The notes under the pieces are model-generated. The model made no database searches and was not told where the DNA came from. It was given only the letters and a program-made list of their open reading frames with translations. Both the position numbers and the translations under genes were made by a program. DNA of 35,714 bases. It comes from a virus. Position 1 is the stretch's first letter. Each line of letters starts with the position of its first letter. This document shows, piece after piece, positions 25,587 through 35,628 of the stretch. The DNA is taken from the IMG/VR virus record IMGVR_UViG_3300045988_136473, one strand, 5' to 3'.

Positions 25587-27965
25587 ATGGAATTATTCAA
25601 ATTATTTGCAACCCTTGCTATACGAAACAAAGAAGCAAATGATGCTATTGACGAAACAACGGGCAAAGCTGAAGGCGCAAAGGGTAAATTATCAGGAGCG
25701 TTTTCAAAAATCGGTTCAGCAGCGCTGAAGGTCGGCAAGGTTATTGCGACAGGTTTGGCGGCTGGTGCAGGTGCGGTTGTTGCGATTACAAAACAGGCTG
25801 TTGATGCGTATGCAGATTATGAACAGTTAGTCGGCGGTGTTGAAACGCTTTTCAAAGATAGTGCCGATACTGTTTTGAATTATGCAAACAACGCATACAA
25901 AACAGCGGGACTTTCTGCAAACGATTATATGGAAACTGTCACAAGTTTTTCAGGGGCGTTATTGCAGAGCCTGAACGGCGATACAGCAGCGGCGGCAAAA
26001 AAAGCAGACCTTGCAGTTACCGATATGTCAGATAATATGAACAAAATGGGTTCATCTATGGAATCTATTCAAAACGCATATCAGGGTTTTGCAAAGCAAA
26101 ATTACACGATGCTTGACAACCTAAAATTAGGTTACGGCGGCACGAAAGAAGAAATGCAAAGGCTTCTTTCTGATGCTGAAAAGTTAAGCGGTCAAAAATT
26201 TGATATTAGCAGTTATTCAGATGTTGTTGATGCTATACACATTGTGCAAACCGAAATGGGCATTACAGGCACAACGGCAAAAGAAGCTTCAACAACAATT
26301 CAGGGTTCTTTGTCATCATTAAAGGCTTCTTGGCAAAATCTGCTTGTCGGTCTTACGGATGACAGTCAGGATTTTGATACGCTACTTTCAAATGTTCTTG
26401 ATAACGCCATCAATCTTCTGCAATTATTATTGCCCCGTATTACAACAATTTTCGGTCAATTGCCGAAATTGATACAGGGTATTTTGCCGCAGATTCCGCC
26501 TGTGCTGCGTGAACTTTTGCCGCAGTTGCTTGTTGCGGCTGAAGACCTGTTGCACGGTTTGGTGGCTGCATTGCCTGAATTGATTGATATTTTGCTTGAT
26601 ATTTTGCCTGATGTGTTAGATGCAGTAATGCAAATCGGGCTTGAATTGGTCAATGCATTGCCGCAAATAACGGATTCAATTATAGCATTTTTGACAAATC
26701 AATCAACGATAACGGCATTGATACAGGCGGCAATCACCCTGTTCATGGCGTTGGTTGCTGCGATTCCTGAAATTGCAAGTCAAATCGTAGAAGCTGCGCC
26801 CGTAATCATTGAAGCCTTGATAACAGGTATAATTCAGTCAATACCGCAATTGTTATCAGGTTTGCAGCAGGTCATTGACAATTTCGGGCAGTTTGCTTCA
26901 AGTATTTGGGGCGTAATTCAGCAAATTTGGGGTGCTGTATCAGGGTGGTTCAAAGAATACATCATTGACCCGATTGTGAACTTTTTTACAGGCTTGTGGA
27001 ACAAGGTAGTTGAAATCTGGAATCAAATAAGCAATGCAATTTCGGCTGCATTTCAGTTTATTGCAAGCATCATTTCAGCGGCGTTTCAGATTATAACATT
27101 GCCCTTCAGGTTCATTTGGGAAAATTGCAAAGAATATGTGTTCGCTGCCTTTGATGCAATAAAAACCTTTATCAGTAACGCAATAAACAACATCAAGACG
27201 GTTATATCAACGGTGCTGAATGCGATTAAATCCGTATGGAATACGGTGTGGGGCGCAATCAAGAATTTCTTGACTCCTATATTTAACGCAATCAAAAATG
27301 TTGTTACAACGGTTTTTACTGCTATAAAAGACTTTATTGCAACCCGTATTCATAACATCAAAACGAATGTGACAAATGTGTTCAATGCAATCAAGAATGC
27401 TATATCAACACCGTTGAATGCGGCAAAAACGGCAGTCACGAATGTTTTTGACGGCATCAAAAGCAAGATTGATACAGTCATCAGCGGTGCAAAAAGCATT
27501 GTGAAGAAGGGTATTGGTGCAATCAAGGGTATGTTTGAGAAATTAAAACTGAAATTTCCTGATATTAAGCTGCCGCATTTCGGCATTTCACCCAGCGGCT
27601 GGAAGGTATCAGATTTGCTTGAAGGTTCTATACCGAAATTAAGCATTGAATGGTATGCGAAGGCTATGGACAACGGTATGATCCTTGAAAAACCGACAAT
27701 TTTCGGTGTCAATGCGAAGGGTCAGCCTATGGGCGCAGGTGAAGCAGGAAGTGAAACGGTAGTCGGCACAAACAGCCTGATGACAATGATTAAAGCGGCG
27801 GTTGCGGAGTCAAACGCAAATGCAAATACAACGCTTGAAAAGATACTTGCGGCGATTATCAATATTGACCGCACAATATATGAAAAGGTTGTTGCAGCGC
27901 TTCAGACAATGGGCATTGAATTTGATGAAAGAGAACTTGCAAGGCTGGTGAAGAAATATGCTTGA
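25587..27965 (+). CDS. Tape measure protein
   Basis: 792 aa, helical and Ala/Ile-rich, with reiterated NAIKN-like motifs. Canonical position. Confidence 0.9.
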   Translation: MELFKLFATLAIRNKEANDAIDETTGKAEGAKGKLSGAFSKIGSAALKVGKVIATGLAAGAGAVVAITKQAVDAYADYEQLVGGVETLFKDSADTVLNYANNAYKTAGLSANDYMETVTSFSGALLQSLNGDTAAAAKKADLAVTDMSDNMNKMGSSMESIQNAYQGFAKQNYTMLDNLKLGYGGTKEEMQRLLSDAEKLSGQKFDISSYSDVVDAIHIVQTEMGITGTTAKEASTTIQGSLSSLKASWQNLLVGLTDDSQDFDTLLSNVLDNAINLLQLLLPRITTIFGQLPKLIQGILPQIPPVLRELLPQLLVAAEDLLHGLVAALPELIDILLDILPDVLDAVMQIGLELVNALPQITDSIIAFLTNQSTITALIQAAITLFMALVAAIPEIASQIVEAAPVIIEALITGIIQSIPQLLSGLQQVIDNFGQFASSIWGVIQQIWGAVSGWFKEYIIDPIVNFFTGLWNKVVEIWNQISNAISAAFQFIASIISAAFQIITLPFRFIWENCKEYVFAAFDAIKTFISNAINNIKTVISTVLNAIKSVWNTVWGAIKNFLTPIFNAIKNVVTTVFTAIKDFIATRIHNIKTNVTNVFNAIKNAISTPLNAAKTAVTNVFDGIKSKIDTVISGAKSIVKKGIGAIKGMFEKLKLKFPDIKLPHFGISPSGWKVSDLLEGSIPKLSIEWYAKAMDNGMILEKPTIFGVNAKGQPMGAGEAGSETVVGTNSLMTMIKAAVAESNANANTTLEKILAAIINIDRTIYEKVVAALQTMGIEFDERELARLVKKYA

Positions 27966-28920
27966 TAAATTTTACTATTTGAACAATTACGGCGAAACGC
28001 TGTATTTCGGCAAAGAAGGCATCTTTGCTTTTTACAATGATTTGCGTGATTATCAATGGGGTTATGAGAGTGTAAACGAAAAAATCACAGGCTTTACAAG
28101 GGGCATTGTCACAAAAAAACTACCTGTTTTGTTCCTGTCGGCATCAGGTCAGCAGACAAGACAGGCAAGAAACAGAGCCTATGAAATAATTGAAAAAGAT
28201 GTGCTTGCGAATAAGAAGGGCAAATTGTACTGCAACGGATATTACATGGAATGCTGGCTGATAGGTACATCAAACAGCGAATACCTAAACAGCGAAAGTT
28301 ACCTGAAGACCGAATTTGCGGTTGTAACAGACAAGCCCGAATGGGTGAAGGCAACAACACTTTCATTCGTTCCTACTACACAGGCGGCGGGTGAATATGA
28401 TGTTGACTTTGACTGCGATTTTCCTTTTGACCTTCAGGCAGTATCTTATGCAACAAATACCCTGATAAACCCCTTTGCATTTGCAAGTCAGTTTATATTG
28501 AATATATACGGCGCTTGTGAAAACCCGCAAATCACAATCGGTGATTACACCTATTTATTCAATTGTGAATTGTCGGCTGGTGAAAGGCTTGAAGTGAACA
28601 CCCTGACAAAGAAAATTTACAAATATGATTTGCAGGGCAATGTTGAAAATTATTTCAATTGTCGCAACAAAGAACAGACGGTCTTTGCAGCGATACCCAG
28701 CGGCAACAAGCAGGTACAATGGAATAATGAATTTTCATTTGACCTGATGCTGTTGCAGCAGCGGTCTGAACCTGAATGGTCATACACTGCAAAGAGCGTA
28801 TCAGATATTGCCGACATTGAAGTTGTTGACAGTAGGTATTACCTTATTGATACAAACGGCGAATACATCATGGACAATTACAACGAACCTATCAGCGTAC
28901 AATCGGCGGCAGGTGATTGA
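27958..28920 (+). CDS. Distal tail protein (Dit-like)
   Basis: 320 aa, directly after the tape measure gene. Confidence 0.6.
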   Translation: MLDKFYYLNNYGETLYFGKEGIFAFYNDLRDYQWGYESVNEKITGFTRGIVTKKLPVLFLSASGQQTRQARNRAYEIIEKDVLANKKGKLYCNGYYMECWLIGTSNSEYLNSESYLKTEFAVVTDKPEWVKATTLSFVPTTQAAGEYDVDFDCDFPFDLQAVSYATNTLINPFAFASQFILNIYGACENPQITIGDYTYLFNCELSAGERLEVNTLTKKIYKYDLQGNVENYFNCRNKEQTVFAAIPSGNKQVQWNNEFSFDLMLLQQRSEPEWSYTAKSVSDIADIEVVDSRYYLIDTNGEYIMDNYNEPISVQSAAGD

Positions 28921-28922
28921 TT

Positions 28923-29909
28923 ATGGAGTTTATAATTGCAGATGCAAACAAAAAAGACTTGTGTTTTTTAGACGAAGGCGCAAGTCTTGATTTTGATGTC
29001 GGTGCATCAGATGACTTTCAAATCAGCATAGCGCTGGACAGTTATAATCCTGAAGCGCACATTGAAGGCAATATTTTATATTGCATAGGCACCGAATACG
29101 GCGGCATATTCAATGACCCTGAAATCAGCACAAAAGAGCGTAAAAAAACGCTGACAGGCGATACCTTCAGGGGAATGCTGAAGAAAAAGTACATTGAACC
29201 TGCAAGCGGTCAGGACTATAAGACGATAAGCGGTGAACTGAATGCCTGTATTGCGCAGCTTATGAACAGCGCATTTTCAAATATGCTTTTCAGGGTGTCA
29301 AGCGCAAGCACTGGCGTTTCCGTTTCGGGCTTTCAGTTTGACCGTTATTGCAGTTTGCTTGACGGCATCAACAAGATGCTTGCTTCAAAGGACTTCAGAT
29401 TAAGTATAAAGGCGGTGCGGGTTGAAGATGACTTCTTCATTGAACTTGCCGCAAAACCGCTTGTTGATTATTCTGAAGACATTGAATTTTCACAGGACAA
29501 TGATGTGAATTTCAAAATCAAAAGGGTTACAAACAAATATAACTATATGATAGCACTTGGCAAAGGTGAACTTCACAAAAGGCAAGTGCTTTATTTTCGT
29601 TGTGATGCGGGTGGTGCTGTAACGCAGGTCAGCGCAATACCGAAGGGCGATAATGTCAAGGTGTACTTGTATGATAATACATCAACAGAAGACTTTGCAG
29701 CAGATGCAGTGAAGAAGTTTGCAGAAATCAATGCAGCTGACGAATATTCAATGACAATGAAAGATGACATTGAACTTGAAATCGGTGATGTTGTCGGTGG
29801 CAGGGACTACATTACAGGCTTGACGATTGCCCAGCCTATTACAAGGAAAATTATAAAATACAACAACAAAAAACAATCAATATCTTATGAAATAGGGGGT
29901 AAACAATAA
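28923..29909 (+). CDS. Tail-associated/baseplate protein (siphovirus Gp37-like)
   Basis: Position after Dit. N-terminus MEFIIADANKKDLCFLDEG. Confidence 0.45.
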   Translation: MEFIIADANKKDLCFLDEGASLDFDVGASDDFQISIALDSYNPEAHIEGNILYCIGTEYGGIFNDPEISTKERKKTLTGDTFRGMLKKKYIEPASGQDYKTISGELNACIAQLMNSAFSNMLFRVSSASTGVSVSGFQFDRYCSLLDGINKMLASKDFRLSIKAVRVEDDFFIELAAKPLVDYSEDIEFSQDNDVNFKIKRVTNKYNYMIALGKGELHKRQVLYFRCDAGGAVTQVSAIPKGDNVKVYLYDNTSTEDFAADAVKKFAEINAADEYSMTMKDDIELEIGDVVGGRDYITGLTIAQPITRKIIKYNNKKQSISYEIGGKQ

Positions 29910-30883
29910 TGCCTAAAATTATTACAGGTCATACAGGCACACCGCACATCACTTCTGATGATGTCCGCGCTTTGCTCAAAGCAATTATCGGCAGTAATGA
30001 TTACCTGTTAAGTGATGACACCAGCACATTTGTTGCAACGCAGCTTGACAACAATGTTGTGCAGATGCCTGATGCTGAAGTTGTGCTGCAAGGCACACAT
30101 ATCAGAGTGCAGCAGACAGATACCGTGACGGTTGCGCAGGGTCAGAATGGTATGAAACGCTTTGACCTGATTGTTTGCCGTTATACGAAAGCGCAGGAAG
30201 GTATTGAAGGCGCTGAAATTGATATTGTGACGGGTACACCCGCCGCATCTGACCCCGCTGTACCTGCTGTCACGCAGGGTGACATTAGGGGCGGTGCATT
30301 GCTTCACGAAATGCCGTTGTTCAAGGTTGAATTAGACGGCTTTTCAATTGTTTCAATTGCAGGTGTGTGCAACACAATCAATTCGCTGAAAGCATCTTTT
30401 GCGGCGATAAGCGCTTCAATTCTTTCTTCAGAAGAAAGAACGGCGCAAAGCATCAAAAGCATAAACGAAACGCAGGTGCGCTTTGCAGACATGGTGAACA
30501 CAAAGTTTGCAAACATAAACGCAAACAGCATCTTGTGGTCAGGTGCTTACTATATGACGGCAGCGCATTCATTCACAATACCTTCTGTTCAAAATCAAAC
30601 AAACGGCATTGTGCTTGTCTTTAGTTTATACGCTGATAAAGAAGCGAAAGACGGGACTTTTCATTCATTCTTCATACCGAAGGCGGCTGTTTCAAAGCAT
30701 AATGGTCGCGGTTGGAGTTTCTGCTTGTTTGAACGCCTTTTTTCAAAGGCGGCAAACAAGTACATTTACATCAATGACACGAAGATTACAGGCAATGACA
30801 GTAACAATAAATCGGGTACAGGCGCTTGTGGTATCAAGTATGAAAATTCCCGTTTTGTGCTGCGCTATGTAATCGGTGTATAA
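29909..30883 (+). CDS. Hypothetical tail/baseplate protein
   Basis: 324 aa, translationally coupled (ATAATG). Confidence 0.4.
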   Translation: MPKIITGHTGTPHITSDDVRALLKAIIGSNDYLLSDDTSTFVATQLDNNVVQMPDAEVVLQGTHIRVQQTDTVTVAQGQNGMKRFDLIVCRYTKAQEGIEGAEIDIVTGTPAASDPAVPAVTQGDIRGGALLHEMPLFKVELDGFSIVSIAGVCNTINSLKASFAAISASILSSEERTAQSIKSINETQVRFADMVNTKFANINANSILWSGAYYMTAAHSFTIPSVQNQTNGIVLVFSLYADKEAKDGTFHSFFIPKAAVSKHNGRGWSFCLFERLFSKAANKYIYINDTKITGNDSNNKSGTGACGIKYENSRFVLRYVIGV

Positions 30884-30897
30884 AGGGGTGATTAACT

Positions 30898-32700
30898 ATG
30901 GCACGAATTAGACAGTATGAATTGCTGGAGGAATTCAACGGTGATGAAACCTTTGTTGTTGAAACAGACAACGGCACAAAAGCCCTGTCGGTTAATGCAA
31001 TCAAAGACCACATCACAGAAAAGATTGAAGAAAAAGCCGCACAGTTAAATCAAAGTGAAGTTACGGTTGAAAGTGACAATGAGTCAGAGTATATTTTAAG
31101 TATATCAATCGGCGCTGAAACGATAACCACGCCGAACTTGAAGGGCAAATCAATTGCTTCAATTCAGGTTGTAAATCATCACCTGATGATTTACTTTAAT
31201 GATGCAACAAGTTATGATTGCGGTGTCATTGACGGCGAAGTGCCGAAGTACGGTGTGTGCCGTGACATTCCTAGTCATAGCCCGACACTTACAAGGGTGG
31301 GTGATGCAACAGGTTTAATTGCGCAGGTCTTCAAGGGTAATAACGATGAAGAAATCAGAAATGATTTTGACACGATTTACCCGTGGAGCGAAATCAAACG
31401 GTGCACACTTTCAAACAACGGTGCTGTAAATCATTATGAAGATGACCCCGATTATAAGGAAGACGGCACAGACGGTCAGGTCATGGTCGAAATACCGAAA
31501 TTCTATATTGCGCACTATTTTGATGAAAGCGGTGCAAAAGAATACTGGTACATTTCAAAAGAAAAAATTAACAGCAGGTACAGGCTGCCGAAGCCCTTTA
31601 TTGCGGCAGACGGCACCGAACTTGACCACATTTACATTGCAGCGTTTTTGTCGACAAATGACAACGAAAATATCCTTGACAGTAAATCAACCCCGACAGC
31701 AAAGGCAGCAGACTTTGCATATAGTTGGGCGGTTGAATACGCAAAGACAAGGGGTACAAACTGGCATCAGCTTGATATTGCTGAATATTCAGATGTGCTT
31801 GTGCCGCTGTTCATTGTTGAATTTGCAACACTTGACAGCCAGTCAGTGTTCTATGCAGCGGATTCAGAGTATGTTGCTGATTATATGTATGTATCATTAG
31901 AGCAGGTCATGGCAGATAATCCCGACACATCACTTGTGACACGGGGCAATGAATTCTTTGTGTACGGCGAAAATGAATACTTTGTCGGTCAGGAAATTTC
32001 AATTTTCGGCATAGCTGCTGAAGATGTAACGGGTGATTGTGATGTCAAAGATGAAACGAACGGTCCATACGCAATCAGGAACATCACGAATGTTCAAGTT
32101 GTCGGCAAAGATGAAGCAAAAGGTGTTGACCTTTTGAAGATTACCTTTGACGGCGGGGCGGTTGATATTCACAATAAAGAACAATTCATGGTAAATATCG
32201 GCAGAAATGGTGTAACAAATTACATCTATTATGAAGTTGGGTATTTGTCAGGTTCGTTTGCAGCACCTAAAGACCAAGGAAGTGACTTCGTTTACAGGGG
32301 CATTGAAAACCTGTACGGCAAATACACATGGCTTGCAGGTGTGCTGAAAAGGCGCTACGAGTATTTTGTAACAGACAAACTTGCGGCATACGGTACGGCT
32401 ATTACAGACGATTATGCGAAACTGGGTTATAATGCTACAATGATAGGCTTTGTCAGAAAATTGGGTCTTGATGAAGCATATCCGTGGGCAACCTTGCCGA
32501 CAGAGAACGGCGGCGCATCAGATACTGATTTTTGCGATAAGACAATATGCACAGGCGCGGACATGGTCAAATCGGTTCGTTTCGGCGGCGGTTATGACTT
32601 TTCTTGTGGCTTGTTCGCCTTCTATTGCAACACTAATGCTACTGATACGAATGTGAATAATCGGTGCGGTGCCCGTCTTTCTTACAGGTCATATCAATAG
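30898..32700 (+). CDS. Tail fibre / receptor-binding protein
   Basis: 600 aa, the last large structural gene. C-terminus VRFGGGYDFSCGLFAFYCNTNATDTNVNNRCGARLSY looks lectin-like. Confidence 0.6.
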   Translation: MARIRQYELLEEFNGDETFVVETDNGTKALSVNAIKDHITEKIEEKAAQLNQSEVTVESDNESEYILSISIGAETITTPNLKGKSIASIQVVNHHLMIYFNDATSYDCGVIDGEVPKYGVCRDIPSHSPTLTRVGDATGLIAQVFKGNNDEEIRNDFDTIYPWSEIKRCTLSNNGAVNHYEDDPDYKEDGTDGQVMVEIPKFYIAHYFDESGAKEYWYISKEKINSRYRLPKPFIAADGTELDHIYIAAFLSTNDNENILDSKSTPTAKAADFAYSWAVEYAKTRGTNWHQLDIAEYSDVLVPLFIVEFATLDSQSVFYAADSEYVADYMYVSLEQVMADNPDTSLVTRGNEFFVYGENEYFVGQEISIFGIAAEDVTGDCDVKDETNGPYAIRNITNVQVVGKDEAKGVDLLKITFDGGAVDIHNKEQFMVNIGRNGVTNYIYYEVGYLSGSFAAPKDQGSDFVYRGIENLYGKYTWLAGVLKRRYEYFVTDKLAAYGTAITDDYAKLGYNATMIGFVRKLGLDEAYPWATLPTENGGASDTDFCDKTICTGADMVKSVRFGGGYDFSCGLFAFYCNTNATDTNVNNRCGARLSYRSYQ

Positions 32701-32792
32701 GGGGTCTGGGGGACACTGACCCCCAGCGGCTTCTTACAACAAATACATTAAACCGTATCTTGATTTTGACAAGATAAAGGAGGTTACCAAAA

Positions 32793-33293
32793 ATGAAAGC
32801 AGAAAGCAGCAGCAGACCCGCTGCCTATCAGGTCAATGTGTCTGAAGGCAAAGCGGTCATCAGATTTGCTGATAACATTGAACGCATTGAAGCTGAAGTT
32901 GACGGGGAAAAGATTTTGTCGTACAAATATGACAGTTACACCTTTGAAACAACGAACCGTCAGGGGCTTGCAGAAGATGTTGAAAACAAATTTGAAGACT
33001 GGCTTGCGGCGGCGAAACAGGCAGAGTATAACAGGCTGGCAAAAGAAATCAGGGCAAAGCGAAATGCCCTTCTTGCCGACACCGACAAAGATTTCACCTT
33101 TGACAGGCTGGGCATCACATTCCCTGATAAAATCACCGCATCAACGCTTCTTGCGGTGGTGAAAACAATATGCACCGAACTTGCGGCGGCTTGCAGTTGT
33201 CAAATGGCGGTATATCGTCAGGCATTAAGAGATATCCCGCAGCAGGAGGGCTTCCCGTATGATGTGAAGTTTCCTTCAAAACCGAATAATTGA
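32793..33293 (+). CDS. Hypothetical protein (possible tail-fibre assembly/XkdW-like)
   Basis: Position, and the motif AKRNALLADTDKDF. Confidence 0.35.
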   Translation: MKAESSSRPAAYQVNVSEGKAVIRFADNIERIEAEVDGEKILSYKYDSYTFETTNRQGLAEDVENKFEDWLAAAKQAEYNRLAKEIRAKRNALLADTDKDFTFDRLGITFPDKITASTLLAVVKTICTELAAACSCQMAVYRQALRDIPQQEGFPYDVKFPSKPNN

Positions 33294-33352
33294 TACAACC
33301 TTGTTGATGTAATCAGCAGGGTTATTTTTATGCTAAAAAGGAGTGCTTTACT

Positions 33353-33811
33353 ATGAAAGTCTTTAATATTTTTTCTGTGCTGGGTGGCACAATCGGAGGT
33401 GTATTAGCGTTTATGTTCGGGGGCTTTGATGTTCTTCTGTACGCCCTGATTGTCCTTGTTGTTCTTGATTATGTGACGGGGCTTGCAAAAGGCTTTTACA
33501 CAAAGACTGTTTCAAGCGAAGTCGGCTTCAAGGGGTTGATTAAGAAATTCATTATATTTGTTGTGGTTGTTGTTGCGGTTGTGCTTCAGCGGGTATTGAA
33601 TAATACTGTGCCGCTCCGTGAAGTGACAATCACATTTTTTATTTGTAATGAAAGTATTTCAATTCTCGAAAATGCGGCTGAATTTGTACCGATACCGCAG
33701 AAGCTGAAAGATGTGCTTTTACAGTTAAGGTCAACAGGTGACAAGAAGACTAAAGAAGAAAATGATGAAATTGATGAAGATGCCGAAAGTGGCAGGGAGT
33801 CTGACGGATGA
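33353..33811 (+). CDS. Holin (phage_holin_4 / TcdE-like)
   Basis: LVVLDYVTGLAKGFYTKTVSSEVGFKGLIKKFIIF signature. Three TM segments and a charged C-terminus. Confidence 0.88.
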   Translation: MKVFNIFSVLGGTIGGVLAFMFGGFDVLLYALIVLVVLDYVTGLAKGFYTKTVSSEVGFKGLIKKFIIFVVVVVAVVLQRVLNNTVPLREVTITFFICNESISILENAAEFVPIPQKLKDVLLQLRSTGDKKTKEENDEIDEDAESGRESDG

Positions 33812-35277
33812 TTTATTTTAACCAAAACGATTATGACAAGGTTGCCTACAATAAGCCTGACGGCACGAAGGCAACGGTGAAAAGCAGCGGGTGCGGTGTT
33901 GTTGCCGCCTGTATTGTTTTTGATAACTATGTCGGCAAGACCTTATATACACCCGCACAAATGGCAGTCTTCAGCATTGCGCACAAAGCCCGTATCAATT
34001 ACGGCACGAATGAAGCAACGCTTTTGAAGGCACTGTGTGCTGAAAACAAGGGCTTTTCTTTCAAGGTGACAAACAATGTTGATGACCTTGTGAAGCACCT
34101 GAAATCAGGCGGCATGGCAATCTGCAATCAGGGTGACAAGTACAATGTGTTCAGCACGGGCGGTCATTATGTTGTCGCATACCGAATGAACGGCAACAAC
34201 ATTGAAGTTGTTGACCCTTCTATGTATGCTGGCAAATATGACAGTTACGCAAGACCGACACGAATTGTCAAGAAAACTGAACACGGCTGCATTGTCACGG
34301 CGGCTGAAATGAAGAAGGCAACGCAAGACCGCAACCCTTGTTATTATCTTGTATCATACGAAGGAGTGAAGACTGTGAACAAAACATATTTCGGTGTTGA
34401 TATTTCTGAACACAACGGCACGGTTGATTGGGCAAAGGTCGCAAAGAAGGTTGATTTTGCAATCTTGCGCATCTGCTGGGTCGGCAATACGCAGAATAAA
34501 ATGGACAAGCTGTTTGAAAAAAACTATGCCGCCGCAAAAAAAGCGGGGGTTAAACTTGGCGCTTATGTTTACATTTATTCAAAGACCGCCGCTGCCGCAA
34601 CGAAGGGCGCTGAATGGGTGCTGAAACAGATTAAAGGCAAGACCTTTGAACTGCCGATATACTGTGATATAGAAGACCCGACAATTGCGGGGCTTGGCAA
34701 AACAAAGCTGACCGCAATTACAGATGCTTTCAATACCGCAATCAAAAAGGGCGGTTACAGGGTCGGTATCTATGCAAGCCTTGACTGGTTCAGAAACAAG
34801 TTGAATTCAACGGTCAAAAAATACTACACTTGGATTGCGCACTACACATCAGGCACCGACAAATACAAGGGTGAATATCAGATGTGGCAGAACAGCAGCA
34901 AGGGCAAGGTTGACGGTGCGAAGGGCAATGTTGATACAAATTACCTGTATGAAAACATTTTTAGCGGGTCAGCATCAACACTCAAAAAGCCGAAGACTCC
35001 CGCTTCTTCTGCGCCGACATACACGGCTGGCAAGACATACACCCTGCAAACCGATTTGAAGGTGCGCAAAGGCGCTGGCACAAAGTACGCACAAAAGCTG
35101 CTTACCGAACTGACGGCTAACGGCAAAAAGAATGCGAAGTCAGGCAAGTATGCTGTGCTGAAAAAAGGCACAAGGGTAACAGCGCAGAAGGTCATCAAAG
35201 AAGGCAACAACATTTGGCTTCAGATACCTTCAGGCTATGTTGCCGCATACTACAACAAAAACAAATACATCAAATAA
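33808..35277 (+). CDS. Endolysin: N-terminal Cys-peptidase-like domain + GH25 muramidase + C-terminal SH3-like domain
   Basis: SSGCGVVAAC...GGHYVVAY (Cys/His peptidase). FGVDISEHNGTVDWAKV...FAILRI (GH25). C-terminal YTLQTDLKVRKGAG...WLQIPSGYV (SH3-like). Confidence 0.88.
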   Translation: MIYFNQNDYDKVAYNKPDGTKATVKSSGCGVVAACIVFDNYVGKTLYTPAQMAVFSIAHKARINYGTNEATLLKALCAENKGFSFKVTNNVDDLVKHLKSGGMAICNQGDKYNVFSTGGHYVVAYRMNGNNIEVVDPSMYAGKYDSYARPTRIVKKTEHGCIVTAAEMKKATQDRNPCYYLVSYEGVKTVNKTYFGVDISEHNGTVDWAKVAKKVDFAILRICWVGNTQNKMDKLFEKNYAAAKKAGVKLGAYVYIYSKTAAAATKGAEWVLKQIKGKTFELPIYCDIEDPTIAGLGKTKLTAITDAFNTAIKKGGYRVGIYASLDWFRNKLNSTVKKYYTWIAHYTSGTDKYKGEYQMWQNSSKGKVDGAKGNVDTNYLYENIFSGSASTLKKPKTPASSAPTYTAGKTYTLQTDLKVRKGAGTKYAQKLLTELTANGKKNAKSGKYAVLKKGTRVTAQKVIKEGNNIWLQIPSGYVAAYYNKNKYIK

Positions 35278-35283
35278 CAAATT

Positions 35284-35317
35284 GCCCCCTTTTGCTTCTG
35301 CGAAGGGGGCTTTTTTT
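35284..35317 (+). terminator. Rho-independent terminator after the endolysin gene
   Basis: Stem gccccctt / aagggggc, 11-nt loop, T7. Confidence 0.8.
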
Positions 35318-35448
35318 ATTGCATTTTTCAGGTATCATATTATAATGTAAATAATAATGAAGACCTATTGCGTGTGGGTAGCGAACTGTTGTGGGGGATA
35401 CGCACGGGAAACAAAAGGCTTGCAAAGGCACATAAAACCTACAAACAC

Positions 35449-35463
35449 CCGCCATCTCCACCA
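35449..35463 (+). other. 15-nt tmRNA/tRNA-type 3' end fragment (copy 1)
   Basis: CCGCCATCTCCACCA: a 7-nt acceptor strand compatible with a G3:U70 helix, then ACCA. Followed by its own terminator hairpin. Confidence 0.5.
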
Positions 35464-35469
35464 AAAATT

Positions 35470-35500
35470 AAGAGTACCCTTGTGGTACTCTTATATTTTT
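35470..35500 (+). terminator. Terminator hairpin following copy 1
   Basis: 9-bp stem aagagtacc / ggtactctt, loop cttgt, then ATATTTTT. Confidence 0.7.
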
Positions 35501-35533
35501 GCTGTGGGATGTAATCGAAACAGCCGTAAAGAA

Positions 35534-35556
35534 AACAGTCCGGTGGACTGTTTTTA
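35534..35556. terminator. Bidirectional terminator-like hairpin
   Basis: Stem aacagtcc / ggactgtt, 3-nt loop. A-run upstream, T5 downstream. Confidence 0.5.
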
Positions 35557-35597
35557 GGCGCGGCGTGTCGGCGAGCGCGGAAGCGAGCCGAGCGATA

Positions 35598-35612
35598 CCG
35601 CCATCTCCACCA
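35598..35612 (+). other. 15-nt tmRNA/tRNA-type 3' end fragment (copy 2)
   Basis: Identical CCGCCATCTCCACCA, 16 nt upstream of the right terminal repeat. Confidence 0.5.
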
Positions 35613-35628
35613 CGCATTAGAAACCTAC

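Noticed and set aside
26900-27500. Reiterated NAIKN/FNAIK motifs in the tape measure, as a DNA tandem repeat or recombination hotspot
   Set aside because: The repeats are degenerate at nucleotide level and typical of tape measure proteins. They are not a discrete repeat array.
32578-32700. A second, remote VR at the C-terminus of the tail fibre (VRFGGGYDFSCGLFAFYCNTNATDTNVNNRCGARLSY looks like a lectin-fold variable region rich in N/T/D)
   Set aside because: Nucleotide comparison with TR 7603..7675 shows only an 8-mer (gcggcggt) and a 5-mer in common, with no collinear alignment. At most it is a related fold or an ancient, decayed VR, not a current target.
35449-35463. A tRNA or tmRNA gene ending at CCGCCATCTCCACCA
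   Set aside because: No matching 5' acceptor strand, T-loop (GGTTCGA-type) or cloverleaf is present upstream of either copy. These are 3'-end fragments only.
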